From Nemertoderma westbladi (taxonomy: Eukaryota > Animalia > Xenacoelomorpha): a stretch of DNA of 64,000 nt. The stretch covers positions 62,001 through 126,000 of the forward strand of contig JAUCBJ010007635.1 of the NCBI GenBank assembly GCA_032718475.1. Reading direction: 5' to 3'. Position 1 is the stretch's first letter. Each line of letters starts with the position of its first letter. Made by a program: the position numbers and the translations under genes. The notes under the pieces are model-generated. The model saw nothing but the letters and a program-made list of their open reading frames with translations, was not told the DNA's origin and ran no database searches. Below are positions 15,001-25,048 of the stretch, in pieces.

Positions 15001-18000
15001 TCTTTCACAGTTGTATGTCTATTCCGTATGCAATAACTATTTTTCTCTTTCACAGTTGTATGTATGGCTATTCCGTATACAATAACTATTTTTCTCTTTC
15101 ACAGTTGTATGTCTATTCCGTATGCAATAACTATTTTTCTCTTTCACAGTTGTATGTATGGCTATTCCGTATACAATAACTAACTTTCTCTTTCACAGTT
15201 GTATGTCTATTCCGTATACAATAACTATTTTTCTCTTTCACAGTTGTATGTATGGCTATTCCGTATACAATAACTAACTTTCTCTTTCACAGTTGTATGT
15301 CTATTCCGTATGCAATAACTATTTTTCTCTTTCACAGTTGTATGTATGGCTATTCCGTATACAATAACTAACTTTCTCTTTCACAGTTGTATGTCTATTC
15401 CGTATACAATAACTATTTTTCTCTTTCACAGTTGTATGTCTATTCCGTATACAATAACTATTTTTCTCTTTCACAGTTGTATGGCTATTCCGTATACAAT
15501 AACTATTTTTCTCTTTCACAGTTGTATGTCTATTCCGTATGCAATAACTATTTTTCTCTTTCACAGTTGTATGGCTATTCCGTATACAATAACTATTTTT
15601 CTCTTTCACAGTTGTATGGCTATTCCGTATGCAATAACTAACCTTCACTTTCACAGTTGTATGGCTATTCCGTATGCAATAACTAACCTTCACTTTCACA
15701 GTTGTATGGCTATTCCGTATGCAATAACTAACCTTCTCTTTCACAGTTGTATGGCTATTCCGTATACAATAACTATTTTTCTCTTTCACAGTTGTATGGC
15801 TATTCCGTATACAATAACTATTTTTCTCTTTCACAGTTGTATGGCTATTCCGTATGCAATAACTAACCTTCACTTTCACAGTTGTATGGCTATTCCGTAT
15901 GCAATAACTAATCTTCTCTTTCACAGTTGTATGTATGGCTATTCCGTATACAATAACTATTTTTCTCTTTCACAGTTGTATGGCTATTCCGTATACAATA
16001 ACTATTTTTCTCTTTCACAGTTGTATGTCTATTCCGTATGCAATAACTATTTTTCTCTTTCACAGTTGTATGGCTATTCCGTATACAATAACTATTTTTC
16101 TCTTTCACAGTTGTATGTCTATTCCGTATGCAATAACTAACCTTCACTTTCACAGTTGTATGGCTATTCCGTATGCAATAACTAACCTTCTCTTTCACAG
16201 TTGTATGGCTATTCCGTATACAATAACTATTTTTCTCTTTCACAGTTGTATGGCTATTCCGTATACAATAACTATTTTTCTCTTTCACAGTTGTATGGCT
16301 ATTCCGTATGCAATAACTATTTTTCTCTTTCACAGTTGTATGTCTATTCCGTATGCAATAACTATTTTTCTCTTTCACAGTTGTATGGCTATTCCGTATA
16401 CAATAACTATTTTTCTCTTTCACAGTTGTATGTCTATTCCGTATGCAATAACTAACCTTCACTTTCACAGTTGTATGGCTATTCCGTATGCAATAACTAA
16501 CCTTCTCTTTCACAGTTGTATGGCTATTCCGTATACAATAACTATTTTTCTCTTTCACAGTTGTATGGCTATTCCGTATACAATAACTATTTTTCTCTTT
16601 CACAGTTGTATGGCTATTCCGTATACAATAACTATTTTTCTCTTTCACAGTTGTATGGCTATTCCGTATGCAATAACTATTTTTCTCTTTCACAGTTGTA
16701 TGGCTATTCCGTATGCAATAACTAACCTTCTCTTTCACAGTTGTATGGCTATTCCGTATACAATAACTATTTTTCTCTTTCACAGTTGTATGGCTATTCC
16801 GTATACAATAACTATTTTTCTCTTTCACAGTTGTATGGCTATTCCGTATGCAATAACTATTTTTCTCTTTCACAGTTGTATGGCTATTCCGTATGCAATA
16901 ACTAACCTTCTCTTTCACAGTTGTATGTCTATTCCGTATGCAATAACTATTTTTCTCTTTCACAGTTGTATGGCTATTCCGTATACAATAACTATTTTTC
17001 TCTTTCACAGTTGTATGTCTATTCCGTATGCAATAACTAACCTTCACTTTCACAGTTGTATGGCTATTCCGTATGCAATAACTAACCTTCTCTTTCACAG
17101 TTGTATGGCTATTCCGTATACAATAACTATTTTTCTCTTTCACAGTTGTATGGCTATTCCGTATACAATAACTATTTTTCTCTTTCACAGTTGTATGGCT
17201 ATTCCGTATGCAATAACTAACCTTCTCTTTCACAGTTGTATGTCTATTCCGTATACAATAACTATTTTTCTCTTTCACAGTTGTATGGCTATTCCGTATG
17301 CAATAACTAACCTTCACTTTCACAGTTGTATGGCTATTCCGTATGCAATAACTAACCTTCTCTTTCACAGTTGTATGGCTATTCCGTATACAATAACTAT
17401 TTTTCTCTTTCACAGTTGTATGGCTATTCCGTATACAATAACTATTTTTCTCTTTCACAGTTGTATGTCTATTCCGTATGCAATAACTAACCTTCACTTT
17501 CACAGTTGTATGGCTATTCCGTATGCAATAACTATTTTTCTCTTTCACAGTTGTATGGCTATTCCGTATGCAATAACTAACTTTCACTTTCACAGTTGTA
17601 TGGCTATTCCGTATACAATAACTATTTTTCTCTTTCACAGTTGTATGTATGGCTATTCCGTATACAATAACTATTTTTCTCTTTCACAGTTGTATGGCTA
17701 TTCCGTATACAATAACTATTTTTCTCTTTCACAGTTGTATGTCTATTCCGTATGCAATAACTAACTTTCACTTTCACAGTTGTATGGCTATTCCGTATAC
17801 AATAACTATTTTTCTCTTTCACAGTTGTATGGCTATTCCGTATACAATAACTATTTTTCTCTTTCACAGTTGTATGGCTATTCCGTATGCAATAACTATT
17901 TTTCTCTTTCACAGTTGTATGTCTATTCCGTATGCAATAACTATTTTTCTCTTTCACAGTTGTATGGCTATTCCGTATACAATAACTATTTTTCTCTTTC

Positions 18001-21000
18001 ACAGTTGTATGTCTATTCCGTATGCAATAACTAACCTTCACTTTCACAGTTGTATGGCTATTCCGTATGCAATAACTAACCTTCTCTTTCACAGTTGTAT
18101 GGCTATTCCGTATACAATAACTATTTTTCTCTTTCACAGTTGTATGGCTATTCCGTATACAATAACTATTTTTCTCTTTCACAGTTGTATGGCTATTCCG
18201 TATACAATAACTATTTTTCTCTTTCACAGTTGTATGGCTATTCCGTATGCAATAACTATTTTTCTCTTTCACAGTTGTATGGCTATTCCGTATGCAATAA
18301 CTAACCTTCTCTTTCACAGTTGTATGGCTATTCCGTATACAATAACTATTTTTCTCTTTCACAGTTGTATGGCTATTCCGTATACAATAACTATTTTTCT
18401 CTTTCACAGTTGTATGGCTATTCCGTATGCAATAACTATTTTTCTCTTTCACAGTTGTATGGCTATTCCGTATGCAATAACTAACCTTCTCTTTCACAGT
18501 TGTATGTCTATTCCGTATGCAATAACTATTTTTCTCTTTCACAGTTGTATGGCTATTCCGTATACAATAACTATTTTTCTCTTTCACAGTTGTATGTCTA
18601 TTCCGTATGCAATAACTAACCTTCACTTTCACAGTTGTATGGCTATTCCGTATGCAATAACTAACCTTCTCTTTCACAGTTGTATGGCTATTCCGTATAC
18701 AATAACTATTTTTCTCTTTCACAGTTGTATGGCTATTCCGTATACAATAACTATTTTTCTCTTTCACAGTTGTATGGCTATTCCGTATGCAATAACTATT
18801 TTTCTCTTTCACAGTTGTATGGCTATTCCGTATGCAATAACTAACCTTCTCTTTCACAGTTGTATGTCTATTCCGTATACAATAACTATTTTTCTCTTTC
18901 ACAGTTGTATGGCTATTCCGTATGCAATAACTAACCTTCACTTTCACAGTTGTATGGCTATTCCGTATGCAATAACTAACCTTCTCTTTCACAGTTGTAT
19001 GGCTATTCCGTATACAATAACTATTTTTCTCTTTCACAGTTGTATGGCTATTCCGTATACAATAACTATTTTTCTCTTTCACAGTTGTATGTCTATTCCG
19101 TATGCAATAACTAACCTTCACTTTCACAGTTGTATGGCTATTCCGTATGCAATAACTATTTTTCTCTTTCACAGTTGTATGGCTATTCCGTATACAATAA
19201 CTATTTTTCTCTTTCACAGTTGTATGGCTATTCCGTATACAATAACTATTTTTCTCTTTCACAGTTGTATGTCTATTCCGTATGCAATAACTAACTTTCA
19301 CTTTCACAGTTGTATGGCTATTCCGTATACAATAACTATTTTTCTCTTTCACAGTTGTATGTATGGCTATTCCGTATACAATAACTAACTTTCACTTTCA
19401 CAGTTGTATGGCTATTCCGTATGCAATAACTAACTTTCACTTTCACAGTTGTATGGCTATTCCGTATACAATAACTATTTTTCTCTTTCACAGTTGTATG
19501 TATGGCTATTCCGTATACAATAACTAACTTTCTCTTTCACAGTTGTATGGCTATTCCGTATGCAATAACTAACCTTCTCTTTCACAGTTGTATGGCTATT
19601 CCGTATACAATAACTAACTTTCACTTTCACAGTTGTATGGCTATTCCGTATACAATAACTAACTTTCACTTTCACAGTTATATGGCTATTCCGTATGCAA
19701 TAACTAACTTTCACTTTCACAGTTGTATGGCTATTCCGTATGCAATAACTATTTTTCTCTTTCACAGTTGTATGGCTATTCCGTATGCAATAACTAACTT
19801 TCACTTTCACAGTTGTATGGCTATTCCGTATGCAATAACTAACTTTCACTTTCACAGTTGTATGGCTATTCCGTATACAATAACTAACTTTCACTTTCAC
19901 AGTTGTATGGCTATTCCGTATACAATAACTAACTTTCACTTTCACAGTTATATGGCTATTCCGTATGCAATAACTAACTTTCACTTTCACAGTTGTATGG
20001 CTATTCCGTATGCAATAACTATTTTTCTCTTTCACAGTTGTATGGCTATTCCGTATGCAATAACTAACTTTCACTTTCACAGTTGTATGGCTATTCCGTA
20101 TGCAATAACTAACTTTCACTTTCACAGTTGTATGGCTATTCCGTATACAATAACTATTTTTCTCTTTCACAGTTGTATGTATGGCTATTCCGTATACAAT
20201 AACTAACTTTCTCTTTCACAGTTGTATGGCTATTCCGTATGCAATAACTAACCTTCTCTTTCACAGTTGTATGGCTATTCCGTATACAATAACTAACTTT
20301 CACTTTCACAGTTGTATGGCTATTCCGTATACAATAACTAACTTTCACTTTCACAGTTATATGGCTATTCCGTATGCAATAACTATTTTTCTCTTTCACA
20401 GTTGTATGGCTATTCCGTATGCAATAACTATTTTTCTCTTTCACAGTTGTATGGCTATTCCGTATACAATAACTAACTTTCACTTTCACAGTTGTATGGC
20501 TATTCCGTATACAATAACTAACTTTCACTTTCACAGTTGTATGGCTATTCCGTATACAATAACTATTTTTCTCTTTCACAGTTGTATGTATGGCTATTCC
20601 GTATACAATAACTAACTTTCACTTTCACAGTTGTATGGCTATTCCGTATACAATAACTAACTTTCACTTTCACAGTTGTATGTATGGCTATTCCGTATAC
20701 AATAACTATTTTTCTCTTTCACAGTTGTATGGCTATTCCGTATACAATAACTATTTTTCTCTTTCACAGTTGTATGTATGGCTATTCCGTATACAATAAC
20801 TAACTTTCTCTTTCACAGTTGTATGGCTATTCCGTATGCAATAACTAACTTTCACTTTCACAGTTGTATGGCTATTCCGTATGCAATAACTAACTTTCAC
20901 TTTCACAGTTGTATGGCTATTCCGTATGCAATAACTAACTTTCTCTTTCACAGTTGTATGGCTATTCCGTATGCAATAACTAACTTTCACTTTCACAGTT

Positions 21001-23047
21001 GTATGGCTATTCCGTATGCAATAACTAACTTTCTCTTTCACAGTTGTATGGCTATTCCGTATACAATAACTATTTTTCTCTTTCACAGTTGTATGTATGG
21101 CTATTCCGTATACAATAACTAACTTTCTCTTTCACAGTTGTATGGCTATTCCGTATACAATAACTATTTTTCTCTTTCACAGTTGTATGTATGGCTATTC
21201 CGTATACAATAACTAACTTTCTCTTTCACAGTTGTATGGCTATTCCGTATGCAATAACTAACTTTCACTTTCACAGTTGTATGGCTATTCCGTATGCAAT
21301 AACTAACTTTCACTTTCACAGTTGTATGGCTATTCCGTATACAATAACTAACTTTCACTTTCACAGTTGTATGTATGGCTATTCCGTATACAATAACTAA
21401 CTTTCTCTTTCACAGTTGTATGGCTATTCCGTATGCAATAACTAACTTTCACTTTCACAGTTGTATGGCTATTCCGTATGCAATAACTAACTTTCACTTT
21501 CACAGTTGTATGGCTATTCCGTATACAATAACTAACTTTCACTTTCACAGTTGTATGGCTATTCCGTATACAATAACTATTTTTCTCTTTCACAGTTGTA
21601 TGTATGGCTATTCCGTATGCAATAACTAACTTTCTCTTTCACAGTTGTATGGCTATTCCGTATACAATAACTATTTTTCTCTTTCACAGTTGTATGGCTA
21701 TTCCGTATTCAATAACTAACTTTCACTTTCACAGTTGTATGGCTATTCCGTATGCAATAACTAACTTTCTCTTTCACAGTTGTATGGCTATTCCGTATAC
21801 AATAACTATTTTTCTCTTTCACAGTTGTATGGCTATTCCGTATTCAATAACTAACTTTCACTTTCACAGTTGTATGGCTATTCCGTATTCAATAACTAAC
21901 TTTCACTTTCACAGTTGTATGGCTATTCCGTATGCAATAACTAACCTTCTCTTTCACAGTTGTATGACTATTCCGTATGCAATAACTAACTTTCACTTTC
22001 ACAGTTGTATGGCTATTCCGTATACAATAACTATTTTTCTCTTTCACAGTTGTATGTATGGCTATTCCGTATACAATAACTAACTTTCACTTTCACAGTT
22101 GTATGGCTATTCCGTATGCAATAACTAACTTTCACTTTCACAGTTGTATGGCTATTCCGTATACAATAACTATTTTTCTCTTTCACAGTTGTATGTATGG
22201 CTATTCCGTATACAATAACTAACTTTCTCTTTCACAGTTGTATGACTATTCCGTATACAATAACTAACTTTCACTTTCACAGTTGTATGGCTATTCCGTA
22301 TGCAATAACTAACTTTCACTTTCACAGTTGTATGGCTATTCCGTATGCAATAACTAATCTTCTCTTTCACAGTTGTATGTATGGCTATTCCGTATGCAAT
22401 AACTAACTTTCTCTTTCACAGTTGTATGTATGACTATTCCGTATGCAATAACTAATCTTCTCTTTCACAGTTGTATGGCTATTCCGTATGCAATAACTAT
22501 TTTTCTCTTTCACAGTTGTATGGCTATTCCGTATGCAATAACTAACTTTCACTTTCACAGTTGTATGGCTATTCCGTATGCAATAACTAACTTTCTCTTT
22601 CACAGTTGTATGACTATTCCGTATACAATAACTAACTTTCACTTTCACAGTTGTATGGCTATTCCGTATGCAATAACTATTTTTCTCTTTCACAGTTGTA
22701 TGGCTATTCCGTATGCAATAACTAACTTTCTCTTTCACAGTTGTATGACTATTCCGTATACAATAACTAACTTTCACTTTCACAGTTGTATGTATGGCTA
22801 TTCCGTATGCAATAACTAACCTTCTCTTTCACAGTTGTATGGCTATTCCGTATGCAATAACTAACTTTCTCTTTCACAGTTGTATGACTATTCCGTATAC
22901 AATAACTAACTTTCACTTTCACAGTTGTATGGCTATTCCGTATGCAATAACTAACTTTCACTTTCACAGTTGTATGGCTATTCCGTATGCAATAACTAAC
23001 TTTCACTTTCACAGTTGTATGGCTATTCCGTATGCAATAACTAACTT
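1..23047. repeat. 45-bp tandem satellite array (about 510 units; continues beyond window start)
   Basis: Unit CACAGTTGTATGGCTATTCCGTATGCAATAACTAACTTTCACTTT repeated head-to-tail. Variants occur at a few fixed positions (GGCT/GTCT/GACT/AGCT; TGC/TAC; AACTTTCAC/AACCTTCTC/ATTTTTCTC), and 49-bp units arise from a TATG duplication. Ends abruptly at ...ATAACTAACTT|GGTAATG. Confidence 0.99.
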
Positions 23048-23141
23048 GGTAATGAATTGGTAATGCAGTAATTGCAGTACTGTTGTACCGGCTTAAACTG
23101 AAAACGCAATACAAACTGTGAATTGAATTGTATATGTTGTA

Positions 23142-23810
23142 ATGGCAGAGGAATTTATCAAACTTAATAATGATATTCTGGCAATGTTAAGGAATATTAA
23201 AGGCAAGAAAAGCGTATCCAATGATGACGAACGGGCGATAGCTGATCTTCTCGCCTCCATGACAGCCAAACACATGACAGTTATAGACAAGCTGGCGGAA
23301 TCGCGAGATAAGCTAGCTGAAGCCCGCCAGGACTCAATCACTGCCAAGGACGAACTGATCCAACACCTGAAAGGCCCCCGCCCATCCACACCTGCCGCTG
23401 CAACTCCCACCATTGGTACCCACCAGCGCCTGCATTCGCAACCCTCAGTCTCTGCCACGGAACCCAGCTACAGTGCGGTAACTACCGGCTCCTCTCAACC
23501 TCCGGCACATCCTCCTTACCAACGGCCTCCTGCTGTTCGAGGATGTAAAGCGGGCGGCTCGCTACAAGTGGTCCAATCACAACCGTCACGACAGGCACAT
23601 ATTCACATCGGGCGACTTGATCCATCAGTAACTCAAGATGACATTAAGGAATACTTACGCAAAGGAGGTTTTAACTTTGAAGATGTTATAGCTATTACTC
23701 CACTTGCAGCCTCACCGTTTCAGTGTTTTCATGTGGTCTGCAGTCAGGACGATAGGGCCATCTTAATGGACCCAGAGACATGGGAAGATGGAATCAGTAT
23801 ACGGATGTGA
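23142..23810 (+). pseudogene. Non-LTR retrotransposon ORF1-like protein (coiled coil + RRM-like C-terminal domain), cut at its 3' end by the element A LTR
   Basis: Helical N-terminus, Pro/Ser linker, then HIHIGRLDPSVTQDDIKEYL...FQCFHVVC...LMDPETWEDGISIR, resembling the C-terminal domain of CR1/L2/Jockey-group ORF1 proteins. The stop codon comes from the LTR start (TGTGA at 23806-23810). No ORF2 follows. Confidence 0.6.
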
Positions 23811-24340
23811 CGGGATCCAAGAGGGATCCCGATTTATCCGGTTGTGGTAATTTAGTCCACGCGTCCCCGCCGTGTATAAGGATGAAATAAATGACTGAGT
23901 TCTGAAGTTCGGTGTATAATAGGATGTTATAAGATATAGATATTGTAAATGTGTACAAGGCGGGATACGGTAACTAAAGTCCCGTGATCCCCTATCTAAA
24001 CTAATTGGCTGTACCCTACGCTAGCACTGCTGCACTGTGATGACTGAATAGGTAATATTACTGCCAAGTGGCTATACTGCACGGTTGGCCTAATTACTAC
24101 CTAATCGATGCCTTGCCCCCCTCTGATTGGTTGTTACCCTTGTTGGCGCCCCGTGGAGTATTCCCGTTCACTCCACCTGTTCTCTGGGTTAGGGGTTTGG
24201 CCCCTGACCCTCCATTGTGTGCTTCCTTCCCATTCTTATTGGGATGGCGCGAGTTGGTTAATTACCCAATCTCGCGGCTCCCAATATTGCTTATCGGCTA
24301 ATAACTTTATGGGGTGTTGGCGGGATTGAATAAGCTAACA
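23806..24340 (-). repeat. 3' LTR of element A (535 bp)
   Basis: TGTGACGGGATCC...GAATAAGCTAACA; matches 37620-38157, with differences confined to about the first 240 bp on the + strand. Confidence 0.96.
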
Positions 24341-24350
24341 CTCCCCCCCA
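24341..24350 (-). promoter_or_regulatory. Polypurine tract of element A
   Basis: + strand CTCCCCCCCA reads TGGGGGGGAG on the minus strand, immediately before the 3' LTR start TGTTAGC. Confidence 0.85.
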
Positions 24351-25048
24351 TGCTATCTTCCCGGTAAGAAGATAGCATCAACCAAAAAAGTGCGCTACAA
24401 TCCCGCTGGATCCCGATCTAGTATCGGGTGTGGGGTGGAAATTCTTTTCTCTCGGGGTCGGCTTTCCAGGCCGCCCCCTATGGGTATGATATCGCTACCC
24501 TGTGTGCCTGGCGTCTCATGTCGGGCCGGTCGCGCTCACCTCCCACGCAACTTTTGTTTCCCCAACATTTTCGCCCTATCTCACCTTCACTCTCACCCTA
24601 ACTCTCTCATACCCCCGGACCTCCTCGTCCCTTACTCAGCCTCTTATTCTCCCCCCCCCACACTAGAATTGCGTTCGCACTCTCTCCGCACTTCACACTC
24701 TTATTCCGAATTCTCAAGTCCACTTTGACTGTTCTATCTCTCCTGACGAACCTCCCCCCCCTCTCGTGCCGCCGCACTCAAGAAGTGTGAAATTGTCAGT
24801 TGTCTCGTCCATAGTGCCATAGTCATTGTCCCCCAGTCCCAGTAGCTAATTGAGAAAGGTTGTATGACTATAGTACTTACTCCAAACGTATGTATTTTAC
24901 TGCTAATCACTACGTACGTACATACGAATTGCACTTATATAGTTATTTGCATTAATTAAATTTATACTTAATAGTTCGTACGTTACATGCGGCGCCTTCC
25001 AGGCGCACCACGTCCCAGTCTCAGTCCCATTCCCTCTCCTCCGGGAAC

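Noticed and set aside
1-23047. CRISPR-like array
   Set aside because: No unique spacers, no cas genes, and a eukaryotic TE context.
10-23063. Long ORFs on both strands (MAIPYAITNFHFHSC and VKVKVSYCIRNSHTT repeats, up to 1224 aa)
   Set aside because: Artefact of a 45-bp (15-codon) unit lacking stops in one frame per strand. Frames are broken freely by 4-bp insertions.
24068-24329. Short ORFs duplicated at 37885-38146, and at 40398-41086 / 62165-62854
   Set aside because: They lie within LTRs and recur only because the LTRs are repeated; no coding features.
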